A stretch of 62,974 nt of DNA, counting the filler, from Thraustochytrium aureum (Eukaryota): assembly GCA_012862495.1 (NCBI GenBank). It is 4 parts of 4 records of this genome, joined end to end, with 100 filler letters (N's around TTAATTAATTAA, not from the genome) between each part and the next. Parts side by side here need not be neighbours in the genome. Positions count along the whole stretch, not along the records: positions 1 to 18,550 come from BLSG01000087.1; positions 18,651 to 45,249 come from BLSG01000088.1; 2 more parts are not named here. One strand, written 5' to 3'. The notes beneath the pieces were generated by a model, which saw only the letters and a list, made by a program, of their open reading frames with translations, was not told where the DNA came from and did not search any database. Positions 9,764 to 20,563 of the stretch are shown one piece after another. Every line of letters starts with the position of its first letter. The first letter of the stretch is position 1. The position numbers and the translations under genes are program-made.

Positions 9764-12751
9764 TCAGGAAAACCTGAACGGGCCGCGGTGCTGCCCCAGC
9801 CCGCTCGAGGAGCCCGAGCGCAAGCTCTGCAATCTGCCCGTCAAGTTTTCCACGATCGAACTCGATGGTGCACGAAGCGGGTCGCTGCCGAAACGCGTTC
9901 CAACGATCGTTGGCGCGTCCAAGCGCGGGTTGAACGAGGCCATGCTTGTCGGCGCAGACCTCGAGGGCGACGTGACGAAGGAGCCGAGCCGTTGGGGTTG
10001 CGCATCCGGACCCGCTTCCACGTCGAAGGCGCGTTTCCGGCGCGTCGCGAAGGCGGCGCCAACGGTGGCAAAGACGCCAAACAAGACAAACAATGCGCCT
10101 AGTCCTACACCGCCAATCTCCAGAGGCGACATTGTCGTCGGCGGAGGCGGCTCGGGCGAGGACAAGGTCGATGCGTTGGCCTCGTTCGTCGGGGGTTTGG
10201 TCGACGGCGAGGCCGTGGGCGACGATGTACTTGGGGACATGCTTGGCGCCAGCGTTGGGGTCCGGCTTGGCGACAAGGTCGGCGCCGTCGTGGGGCTCGA
10301 AGTTGGCTCAGCCGTTGGCCCACGGGTCGGGCTTGAGCTCGGGGACTGGGTTGGCCCGCGCGTGGGCGCCGCCGTCGGCGGTGCAAACGGGAGCCACGCC
10401 TCCGGAAGGCCCAACTCATTGAGTGGGTGGATTTCCGCCGCGTTTTCATTGAAAACCACGACGGTCATGTGGCCCTTCTTGGCCCAATGGTGAGACGACA
10501 GAGCGGGTGGCTGCGGACCCCCCTCGGTTGTCAAGTGCGTCCTTGGGGTCTCCCAAGTGTACTGGCCGTCTTGGTTGACAAACCCGGCCTGGAACTCGAA
10601 CCAGTCTTGGTGGGTCGGGTCCGCGGCGGGAGAGGGCTTCATGAACACCTCAAACTTGTGCCAGTGTAGGCCCATCGTGTTCTCCGGGTCCACACCAAAA
10701 CCATACCTCGAGTAGAACACCTTGTTGTCGTCGTGGTACGCGCTGGAGCCCGGCGAGGACGTCCACGACATCGTCGAGTCAGAATCCCAGTCTAACGACG
10801 TGCCTTGGCGCCGACTCGGCCCGGTGTCGCCAAGCAGGTTGTGATGGATGATCGTTTCGGTGGTGCTGCCCCCGTAGCGGGACGCGAGGGACGCGGAATG
10901 GCCCCCGCGCAAGACCACGCGCTCGTTCTGCGTTGTCGCCCTACGAACAAAGACTACCGTGCGCAGCCACTCGCCCTTCGCCGGGAGAAGCCGCACGAAG
11001 TGCCCTTTGGACGGCACGCCATCAACATCCACAAGGAAAAGCGTGTAGTCGCCGGGGATGCCCAGAGGCGCGGGCGGGGCAAAGACGCGCAAATTGCTCC
11101 CCTGCACTTCGTAGCGAAGCGGAACGTAGCGCTGCGCCTGGTCGTACGAGTGCGTGATTGCGCCGTGCGCCATGAGGACGGCCCCTGACCGCGTCCCAGG
11201 CTTGCCCGAGCTGGCCAAGAGCGGCGCCGAGCCGGCCGAGAACTCGACATCCAAGAACGAGCCCGCGTCCTCGAGCCGGAGTGTCGCATCCTGGTCTGGC
11301 AGAAGGTTTGCGATCCGGTTCAGTCCAGGCCGTATCGCTCTCGTGAGAAGGTAGGGCGGGTTCATGACCCTCAAGTTCGGGTGCTCGCACGTAATCCCTC
11401 CCTCGCTGTGGACGCCGCCGCCGGTAAGGATGCGGCCGTCCATGAGCAGCGAGGCGATGTTGTGGTAGGCCCGAAAGTGGGCTTGGCCGTTGGCGCTGTC
11501 CGTACCGTCCGCTGGCTCCTCTGGCAGCACCGAAAAGGTTTTGGCAAACGGGTCGAAGATCTGGGGCTGCCGCGGGTCGCCGCCCCGCCCAACGCCAGTG
11601 TTCTGGTTAATGCCCGCGTTTTCTCCATTGATCAGGAGGACGTTGCCATTGGGTAGCAGCACTCCCGAGGCATACAGCCGCACGATGCCCGAGTCGTGCG
11701 ACTCCCAGGTGTTGGTCTTGGGGGTCGTACAGGTCTAGCATCGTCGACCCGACGCATCCAGAGTGTACCATGATCTGGCCAGTGGCTAAGACCGCCGCGG
11801 TTGTTCTTGAGCCGCACTGGCCTGGTCGCTGCGCCCCGGCGCGCGTCACGAAGCGCTCACCATGTGCCCGGAATCGGTCCGTATTGAGGAACGAGACGAT
11901 GCCAGGGGTGCCGATAGTGGCAACCTGTCGCGGAATCCCGGCCACCTCGACAGGTTCCTGGAGCACCAGCAATCTAGGGTAGTCTGCAGAGGTGACTTGC
12001 GCATCCTCTCGAGACTCGGCATTAGAAAGAAGGAGCTCCCATGGGTTGGTCAGCTCATTGTTCGCAAAACGCTCAAAATCAAAGGTGGCCATAGCTGACG
12101 ACTGCCGCCCGTCGCAGCAGTGCACAAAGCCTGGCGTGACCAGGATACGTTGATCAGGAAGTGTCGCAGCTGTTCCGTACCAACTCGTGCCGAAGGGCTG
12201 GTCGTGCTTGACTCGAGCGAACGTCCGGGTGTTGTGGTCGTACACGCGGGCGTATCCGATCCCTTCGCCCCAGTTGGATCCCTGGAGTCGCGAGCCTCCT
12301 ACGAAGAACTTGCGCGAGTCGGGTAGCGTAGCGTGACCCGAGAAGGTGATCACGTCGAGGGTGTTCCCGTTGTCGATGTCTGGCGCGCCGTTCATAGGGA
12401 CAAGTTGATGGTGCCTCCTGGAAGAAACCCCTTGTCGATAATGTCGTTTGGGTCGAGGATAAACGTTGTGCCATACTTGACGCCCTGGGTGCAGCTGAAC
12501 TGGTCGCGCCGCGCCCACGCGGCGATCATCACTTTGCCGTCTTTCAGCGGAATGGCGTGGACCGGGGTGACCATCCACCCGCCCGCGGGCTTGCCATTTA
12601 CGCGGTAGTTGGTGTCGTCTCGGACCGTGAAGAAGCGTTCGTAGGCGTTTACCGGTGTGTTGCCAAACCCCTGGGCTGCTCGCGCTCCCAGCACGATCAC
12701 GAGCGCAGCGCACCACGCTGCAGTCATCAATGCATTCGCTTTGGTTGCCAT
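9764..12751 (-). CDS. Membrane-anchored galactose/glyoxal oxidase-like (AA5) protein: signal peptide, kelch propeller, DUF1929-like Ig domain, extra domain, P/T/S stalk, TM and tail; two frameshifts
   Basis: Joins three ORFs (12392..12868, 11607..12716, 9764..11683) through 1-nt slips near 12403 and near 11722 (C5 run; removing one C gives YDPKTNTWES). Motifs: PVHAIPLKDGKV, SGHATLPD, WYGTAATLPD, RLYASGVLLPNGNV, RAYHN..LLMDGRI, PPYL, THSYDQAQR, PGDYTLFLVDVDGVPS. Confidence 0.88.
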
Positions 12752-14422
12752 TGCTTGTTTTTGCTCAACCACAACCAGGTATGGTGTTTGCTTTCGAACG
12801 ACCTGGACGCGCTCGCTCACGGTGCGAAGTTCTAGAGAGCTAGCGGCGAAAAGCGAGAGGCGCTTCACACGCGCGCGAGCGCGCTAGGAATCGATCACTC
12901 GCTGGCTCGAGATGGTTGACTCGCAGCGCGGTTTGACGTGCGCCCGTTTTTGCTGCACGAGAAGCTGGAGGTGGCGTGTGTTTTCAGGCCAAAACCCGGG
13001 TCAAGAGCCGAGTCAAGAGCTGCTGCTCTCCTCAGTGCGTGACCCTGAACGCCGCCAATCGCCGCAAGACCGCCTTGCGTGAATTGCCAGCGCCAGCGCA
13101 ATTGCCAGCGCGTGGCACCTGCGCGACGACTTGCGCTGTTCAAACGACACATGCTGGAGGCGAGGCCATCCAGATCGTGTTTATGCTGGAGAGCGTGCCA
13201 TCAAGCGAACTGCAGAACGACTCGGAATGGGGTCACGGTTTTGTTTTTGTTGTGTTTCTTACGTGGACAGTGTGCTGTGATGACTCGAACAGAAGTGCCA
13301 TCCATGCGGCAGTGCCCATGGGGGCCACCAGCTTTTTCTCCAAAGGGGGTGGTTGCGCTTGCGACCTGCAAGCGCGTTGCAGCTCGGAGAATCGCGCCCG
13401 GCGGGACGGCTCCTTTAGAGGTTGCGCACGTCGCCCCAGTCCACAGCGCCCGCCGCGCCTTTCGGGCCACCAGCTTGTGGATTCCCCAGAGCTGCGCTCG
13501 GCACTGGACTGGACGCGGCTGGCGGCTCGTTGAAGGGCCACGGGAACCGACCGCGGCCCCGCAAGCCAGCGCCGTCTTTGACCGCGACTTCCGCCGGCAG
13601 CTCGCTCGCTTTCTTCTTGTTGCGTGAGTAAGCGTACCCGCCGAGCAGACCGCCAAGAACGGCGCCCGTGCCGAGGACTCCAGCGATAACCGCGCCAGAN
13701 NNNNNNNNNNNNNNNNNNNNNNNNNNNNNNNNNNNNNNNNNNNNNNNNNNNNNNNNNNNNNNNNNNNNNNNNNNNNNNNNNNNNNNNNNNNNNNNNNNNN
13801 NNNNNNNNNNNNNNNNNNNNNNNNNNNNNNNNNNNNNNNNNNNNNNNNNNNNNNNNNNNNNNNNNNNNNNNNNNNNNNNNNNNNNNNNNNNNNNNNNNNN
13901 NNNNNNNNNNNNNNNNNNNNNNNNNNNNNNNNNNNNNNNNNNNNNNNNNNNNNNNNNNNNNNNNNNNNNNNNNNNNNNNNNNNNNNNNNNNNNNNNNNNN
14001 NNNNNNNNNNNNNNNNNNNNNNNNNNNNNNNNNNNNNNNNNNNNNNNNNNNNNNNNNNNNNNNNNNNNNNNNNNNNNNNNNNNNNNNNNNNNNNNNNNNN
14101 NNNNNNNNNNNNNNNNNNNNNNNNNNNNNNNNNNNNNNNNNNNNNNNNNNNNNNNNNNNNNNNNNNNNNNNNNNNNNNNNNNNNNNNNNNNNNNNNNNNN
14201 NNNNNNNNNNNNNNNNNNNNNNNNNNNNNNNNNNNNNNNNNNNNNNNNNNNNNNNNNNNNNNNNNNNNNNNNNNNNNNNNNNNNNNNNNNNNNNNNNNNN
14301 NNNNNNNNNNNNNNNNNNNNNNNNNNNNNNNNNNNNNNNNNNNNNNNNNNNNNNNNNNNNNNNNNNNNNNNNNNNNNNNNNNNNNNNNNNNNNNNNNNNN
14401 NNNNNNNNNNNNNNNNNNNNNN

Positions 14423-15802
14423 GTGCTCAACCTCTCGACCTGGGGCGTCACGCGCTGGGAGGGCGGGCCCAGCCCTGTCGAGCCAATCGGCGACATTGAC
14501 TTTGCCACGCTGTGCCCAGCGCTTGAGGACCTCGATCTCACCGGAACCGAGCTGACCAGGCTGCCCAGGCTCCCTGTGAGCACTCTCCGGCGTCTCGTCC
14601 TCGACTGCAACGACGCGCTGCCGCTTGGCGAGGGCAACACGGAGGACTGGTCGGCGCTGGCTGCACTCGAAGAGCTCAGCCTCCTGGGCACAGAGCTCGG
14701 CTTGCCGATGCGCCCGCCCCCAAACCTCGTCGTGCTCGCATTTGATGGAGACGACGCGAATCCCCAGCTGCCGGAGTCTATCGGTGGCCTCTCGCGCCTC
14801 GAGGAGCTCCGTGTGGGAAACTGCTACGTTCGAGAGCCCCTGCAGGCAGTTGTACCGCAGACTCTGCGTGTCCTCATTCTGGACGGACGGGAGTCAACAC
14901 TTCCGAGCGGCTCCGACTTGACGTCGTTTGGACAGCTGACCGAATTACGCCTCGTCGACTTTGTGGGCGAGCTGCCGCCACTGCCAGCCAGCCTGCGCAT
15001 CCTTCACTATCGTATGGATGGCCCGGGCGCAAGCCCACAGCTTGGGGCGCTCACTTGCCTCGAGGAGATTCGCGCTCCCGCGGCTGACGTGCCACCCAGC
15101 ATCGGCGCAGGCCTTCGCCGCGCCAAACTCACTGTGATTGACCCGAAAGCAAGCCTGCCCGACATGACCGGCTGGACCAGTTTGGTTGAGCTGGACCTCG
15201 TAGCGACCGCAGGGTGTGGAGCTAAGGTCCGCGACTCGCTGCCAGCGTCGCTCGAGTGTTTGTCGCTCAGAATTCTCGGCGAAGACGAACCCGAGGACGC
15301 CCAATCGATTCCTGACCTTCGGCTACTCACGCGCCTCCGCGAAGTGGAAGTCGTCTGGCACTGGTGCCCGCGCTTGCCTGCGTCTGTTGTCACGGCTTCG
15401 CTGTCGTGCACGGCGTTCCAGAGGCAGGTTCTTAGCGAGCTTGTGCACCTCCGCGAGCTAACATTGCGTACGGCAGGCTCTGACAGTGTGCCGCTTATCC
15501 CCGCTGGCCTTTTGCGCCTTACTCTCCACGTAGTAGACGCATCCGAGGCTGATGCGCCCTTCGACCTGTCGCACATGGCGGAGCTTGAGGAGCTCAACCT
15601 CTTTGGCGTGTGCGTTATGCCAAAGTTGCACCCGCGAGCGCGGCAGGTTCTCAGGTACTTAACCGTATCTGATGTGCCGATGCAACAGATCCCAGAGGGC
15701 CTGGCTGTGCTCGAGGGTCCCAAAGCTGACACGCGGTGGCGCCAACCTGTTGTCACTGCGGCTTGGCGCAAACAGCTCGCGCATGCCCGAGCAGCTGGCT
15801 GA
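14423..15802 (+). CDS. Leucine-rich repeat protein, 5' end in gap
   Basis: Repeated LxxLxL motifs (LEDLDL, LEELSL, LEELRV, LTELRL, LVELDL, LRELTL, LEELNL) interspersed with LPxLPASL units. Confidence 0.85.
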   Translation: MLNLSTWGVTRWEGGPSPVEPIGDIDFATLCPALEDLDLTGTELTRLPRLPVSTLRRLVLDCNDALPLGEGNTEDWSALAALEELSLLGTELGLPMRPPPNLVVLAFDGDDANPQLPESIGGLSRLEELRVGNCYVREPLQAVVPQTLRVLILDGRESTLPSGSDLTSFGQLTELRLVDFVGELPPLPASLRILHYRMDGPGASPQLGALTCLEEIRAPAADVPPSIGAGLRRAKLTVIDPKASLPDMTGWTSLVELDLVATAGCGAKVRDSLPASLECLSLRILGEDEPEDAQSIPDLRLLTRLREVEVVWHWCPRLPASVVTASLSCTAFQRQVLSELVHLRELTLRTAGSDSVPLIPAGLLRLTLHVVDASEADAPFDLSHMAELEELNLFGVCVMPKLHPRARQVLRYLTVSDVPMQQIPEGLAVLEGPKADTRWRQPVVTAAWRKQLAHARAAG

Positions 15803-16765
15803 GCGATGGCCACAGCCAGCCGCAATCCATTCACCATCTTACGTCCAGGCTCCCGAAGCTTTTGATGGTGGCGGTCTTGTCAAGCGAGGTTAGGGCGGTC
15901 GCGGAACGGTCTGCCAAACCGAAACCGATGAAAGAAGCGCCTGGCCAACTCTTGCAGAGCCGGATCGGGCACCTTGAGCTTGTTCAAGTCAACGCCGGAG
16001 TCACCAATTCCGTCTCCCGCCGGGGCCTTGCCCAGCACAAATGCGCCATGCACCACTTGGAGGTCGAGGTGAATCGATCGCCATGGACTGCTGTCAGCCG
16101 ATTCCGCTCAGCTGCCGCCGCAACACCTGCGCGACGTGCGGCCCAAAAATGAAAAGAAGAGTTGCTCTATCTTTGAGCCAACGTCGAGCTATCATCGATG
16201 CAATGCTATAGGGTTGTTGGTAAACTCGGGGAGGTCGACGAGCACTGTTTGCCTGCAGCTCGAAGCCAGGCCGATGGACGTGCATGGGTCAACGGGTACA
16301 TGGGCTGAGTCAAGCATGTGCCATTGGGCTGAGCCGCGGCGCCTGGATGTCAAGGACGAGGTCAAGGCTCGAGAATCCGGAATCCTGTCGTCTTGATTTT
16401 TCATCAAGAGTGCTTTTTTCCGAACATTTTCCGCCTTCGAGTTGGTCAGGTCGGAGGCTCGGGCAGATGCTCGACGAGCCCTGATCTCCGCGACCAAGCC
16501 CGATCCGCCTTGGCGCGACTCGAGCGAAAGCAGTTGGGTCGAACGCCTTGGCCAAGGTTGGAGCGCGGTCCGAGCCGAGCGAGTCTGGGCAGCTTCCTGG
16601 TCACAACGCCGACACTTTGACGGCCTCGGGCCACCCAAGCGCTCTGCTCGTCACGGCCGACACGTGCGGCTTGGCCTGGGCTGGCCTGGCCTGGCGCCGT
16701 GATTGCAAAGCAGAGAGGCCGGGTCGAGCCAAGGTTTGATCGAGGGAAGTTGACTCGGGCCAGCG

Positions 16766-18102
16766 ATGGCGACGGCCACCGGGTACAGCTTTGCGCTGCA
16801 AGGTCTTGGGATGGTTGTTGTTGTTGGGGTCTCCATCCTGGGCGTCATGCTGCCTGCGGTCATGCCGGAGCGGCCCGCGACTCGCGCAGCGCAGTTGGGC
16901 GTTCTAGGGCTCAAAGGCTGTGCTGTAGGCATCCTCTTGGCGACTGCGGTGGTCCATCTCATCGCCGAGTCGCAAGAGTACATGGAGGACCTTGGGTGGC
17001 TCGAGAATTACAGCGCACTGCCGGTGGCAATTGCGCTCTGCGGCATCCTTTTGATGGCTGGATTCGACCTCATTCCTGGCGGGCATTCCCATGGCGGGCA
17101 CGCAAATGGCCACGGCGCGCCGGAGGAACGCAGTTCGTCGAGCCACAGCCGCCAAGATGATGTCAAACTGCAAATTCCTGACGAGCNNNNNNNNNNNNNN
17201 NNNNNNNNNNNNNNNNNNNNNNNNNNNNNNNNNNNNNNNNNNNNNNNNNNNNNNNNNNNNNNNNNNNNNNNNNNNNNNNNNNNNNNNNNNNNNNNNNNNN
17301 NNNNNNNNNNNNNNNNNNNNNNNNNNNNNNNNNNNNNNNNNNNNNNNNNNNNNNNNNNNNNNNNNNNNNNNNNNNNNNNNNNNNNNNNNNNNNNNNNNNN
17401 NNNNNNNNNNNNNNNNNNNNNNNNNNNNNNNNNNNNNNNNNNNNNNNNNNNNNNNNNNNNNNNNNNNNNNNNNNNNNNNNNNNNNNNNNNNNNNNNNNNN
17501 NNNNNNNNNNNNNNNNNNNNNNNNNNNNNNNNNNNNNNNNNNNNNNNNNNNNNNNNNNNNNNNNNNNNATCGATCGAGACGAAGTTTGCGAGGGCAACGA
17601 CGCAACCGTCGGGGGCAACGGGACCATCCGCGCGTCGACAGTGATACTGATGGAGGCCAGCGTGCTGACGCACTCGTTGCTCGTTGGATACACGCTTGGT
17701 TTGCTTCCCGTTGGCGAGTGGGCCATGCTTGTGGTCGCGATCACGTTTCATCAATTCTTCGAGGGTCTGGCCCTTGGCGAGGCGATGAGAGGCGTCAACT
17801 TTTCCTCGACGAGACGCTTGTACGTGGCTTTGGCCTTCTCGCTGATCACCGGCTTCGGCATCGCGCTCGGAATGGCGACGATCGCCGCGACCGGCGACAG
17901 CACGCCGACGCCAACCATCAAGGCCGTCGTGGCCGTGCTTGAGGCCTTTTGCGGTGGGATTCTCACATATATCGCCTTCTCGCTGTGGATGGGTTGGTTT
18001 GTCCATTCAAACGAGTGCGTCTCGGCAGCAGGGCGCACCGTTTCTTTTGTGGGTCTCTCGATTGGCATTGCGATTATGGTCGTCATTGGGATGTGGGCAT
18101 AG
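16766..18102 (+). CDS. ZIP (Zrt/Irt-like, SLC39) zinc/iron transporter; internal gap 17187-17569
   Basis: GILLATAVVHLIAES, His-rich loop GGHSHGGH, HSLLVG, ITFHQFFEGLALG and GGILTYIA motifs. Confidence 0.92.
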
Positions 18103-18550
18103 AATGAATCCTGTTCACCTTGGCTTGGTTAAGATAAAATTCGTGTGCGCGCACAGTCAGCTCAACATGGTCGTTCGTGCGGCAGCCATGCTGATGTTTT
18201 GACACTCCATGGTGCTAGGAGTTCAGCTGCCTCATTAGGCAGCCAGTGACGGGACATCTCTGCTCGCGACGGAGGCCGCGTGCTGAAGGGCCCCCAGACC
18301 AGTCCCATAAGAACCAGACCGACAACCAAAAGTCTAAAGATGGCGAAGAGCCTGGCGAATAATGGCCTTGCGATGTTGACACGAAACGTCCGCGATGAAC
18401 TTGTTTACGATAACCTCGGATCGAAATCGGAGATAGCCAGCTGAACCCTGCGTGCCCCAGCCACTAGTGGCCTCGATCGCGAAGGGTAGGCAGGTCTTGC
18501 CAGAGAGCGACACGTTAGCTGCATGTTAGATCTAGACAGCGATCAGGTTT

Positions 18551-18650
18551 NNNNNNNNNNNNNNNNNNNNNNNNNNNNNNNNNNNNNNNNNNNNTTAATT
18601 AATTAANNNNNNNNNNNNNNNNNNNNNNNNNNNNNNNNNNNNNNNNNNNN
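18551..18650. other. Artificial scaffold-joining linker N44-TTAATTAATTAA-N44
   Basis: The same 100-nt structure occurs three times. The core puts stop codons in all six frames. Confidence 0.97.
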
Positions 18651-19833
18651 GGCTCGGGAACTCCAGATGCTCGTCTCGGCCGAACACCTGGCGTACAACC
18701 AGAGCGTCCCCAACGCGCTCGTTCGGCTCAGGTCGATTTCCCGCGAGGTCGCCGGCAAGGCGAGGGCGCTCGACCCGATCCGCCTCCTGGCCGGCGCCGA
18801 GGAGCTCAGCCAGCTCCAGCGCGACCACAGGTGGTTCCGCGAGGGCGTACGCAAGCGCGCCAGGATCCCGCGGAGCCAGCTCCTCGGACTGGACCGGCTG
18901 ATGCAGCTCTGCGCCGCGAGCTACGGGTACAAGATGCTGCACTTCTTCGGGCTCTCGCGGCGCGGGATGTCCTGCAACCGCACCGGCGTCGAGGTGCTGG
19001 CTGGGCTGGCCCCGGGAAACGTGCTCGCGTTCGAGGAGAAAAGCCAGCAGTTCAGACCGGGTCACTTTGTGTGCGTTGATCACGTCTCGGAGCGTGTCGT
19101 CGTCGTCGTTCGCGGCACAATCCGGCTGCAAGACGTCATCACCGACCTGATCTGCGACGATGTCCTCTTCAAGGTGGATGGCGTCGAGGGCAGGGTGCAC
19201 GAGGGCTTCCTGCGCGCGGCGCAAACGCTTGCCCTTGAGCTGCACGAGACCGTCAAAGGGGCGCTGCTCGCCAATCCGGGATACAAGCTGGACGTGACGG
19301 GCCACAGCATGGGCGGGGCGGTGGCTTCTATCTTGGCGCTCATTTGGGGGCAGGTCAGCGCGTTCAAAGGCCGCGAGGTGCGTGCGGTCTCCTTTGCGGC
19401 TCCATGCTGCATGGACCTCGAGTTGGCGCGCAGTGACTTTGTGCGCGAGCACGTCACCTCGATTGTGCTCGGCGACGACTTTGTCACGCGCCTCAGCCTT
19501 GCCAATATGGAAATGCTGGTGCGCGCCTGCGACGAGCTCGGGTCCAGCAAAGGCCTTAGGCTGGCCGAAAAACTCGCAATCGTGCAAAGGTTGCGAAACG
19601 AGACGCTCTTGCGGAAGGACCGCATGTTTCCGGCGGGGTTGGTGTACCGGATGCCGCTGCAGCACCGGTTTTGCCCGCGGAGCCACGATGTGCACCTCGC
19701 GGAGGAGATCGACCCTTCGGTGGCGCTCGCGGAGATTGTGGTCTCGCCCAAGATGCTGGACGTGCACCTCCCGACGCGCTATTTGAACGCCATCCGGATG
19801 CAGCTCGCGCTGCAGCCGAACTGTACACTGTAA
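18651..19833 (+). CDS. Class 3 lipase, diacylglycerol-lipase-like; probably 5'-truncated by scaffold edge
   Basis: VVVVRGT..LQDVITDL, VHEGFL, VTGHSMGGAVA (GxSxG), FAAP, DDFVTRLS and MLDVHLP..Y. Confidence 0.9.
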
Positions 19834-19851
19834 ATAAAGAGAAGAATGCGA

Positions 19852-19876
19852 TCTCGTCTCGTCTCGTCTCGTCTCG
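19852..19876. repeat. (TCTCG)5 microsatellite running into a gap
   Basis: Read directly from the sequence. Confidence 0.85.
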
Positions 19877-20563
19877 NNNNNNNNNNNNNNNNNNNNNNNN
19901 NNNNNNNNNNNNNNNNNNNNNNNNNNNNNNNNNNNNNNNNNNNNNNNNNNNNNNNNNNNNNNNNNNNNNNNNNNNNNNNNNNNNNNNNNNNNNNNNNNNN
20001 NNNNNNNNNNNNNNNNNNNNNNNNNNNNNNNNNNNNNNNNNNNNNNNNNNNNNNNNNNNNNNNNNNNNNNNNNNNNNNNNNNNNNNNNNNNNNNNNNNNN
20101 NNNNNNNNNNNNNNNNNNNNNNNNNNNNNNNNNNNNNNNNNNNNNNNNNNNNNNNNNNNNNNNNNNNNNNNNNNNNNNNNNNNNNNNNNNNNNNNNNNNN
20201 NNNNNNNNNNNNNNNNNNNNNNNNNNNNNNNNNNNNNNNNNNNNNNNNNNNNNNNNNNNNNNNNNNNNNNNNNNNNNNNNNNNNNNNNNNNNNNNNNNNN
20301 NNNNNNNNNNNNNNNNNNNNNNNNNNNNNNNNNNNNNNNNNNNNNNNNNNNNNNNNNNNNNNNNNNNNNNNNNNNNNNNNNNNNNNNNNNNNNNNNNNNN
20401 NNNNNNNNNNNNNNNNNNNNNNNNNNNNNNNNNNNNNNNNNNNNNNNNNNNNNNNNNNNNNNNNNNNNNNNNNNNNNNNNNNNNNNNNNNNNNNNNNNNN
20501 NNNNNNNNNNNNNNNNNNNNNNNNNNNNNNNNNNNNNNNNNNNNNNNNNNNNNNNNNNNNNNN

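Noticed and set aside
1..12751. Bacterial or phage contamination of scaffold A
   Set aside because: No operon structure or Shine-Dalgarno pattern, long intergenic spacers, and a eukaryote-style stalk/TM/tail protein and ZIP gene on the same scaffold.
13201..14691. ORFs running through N gaps (e.g. 13201..14691-, 18595..21048-, 25070..27094+)
   Set aside because: Their length is an artefact of Ns containing no stop codons.
18595..18606. TTAATTAATTAA as a biological AT-rich element or transposon target site
   Set aside because: Always flanked by exactly 44 Ns on each side; it is a concatenation linker.
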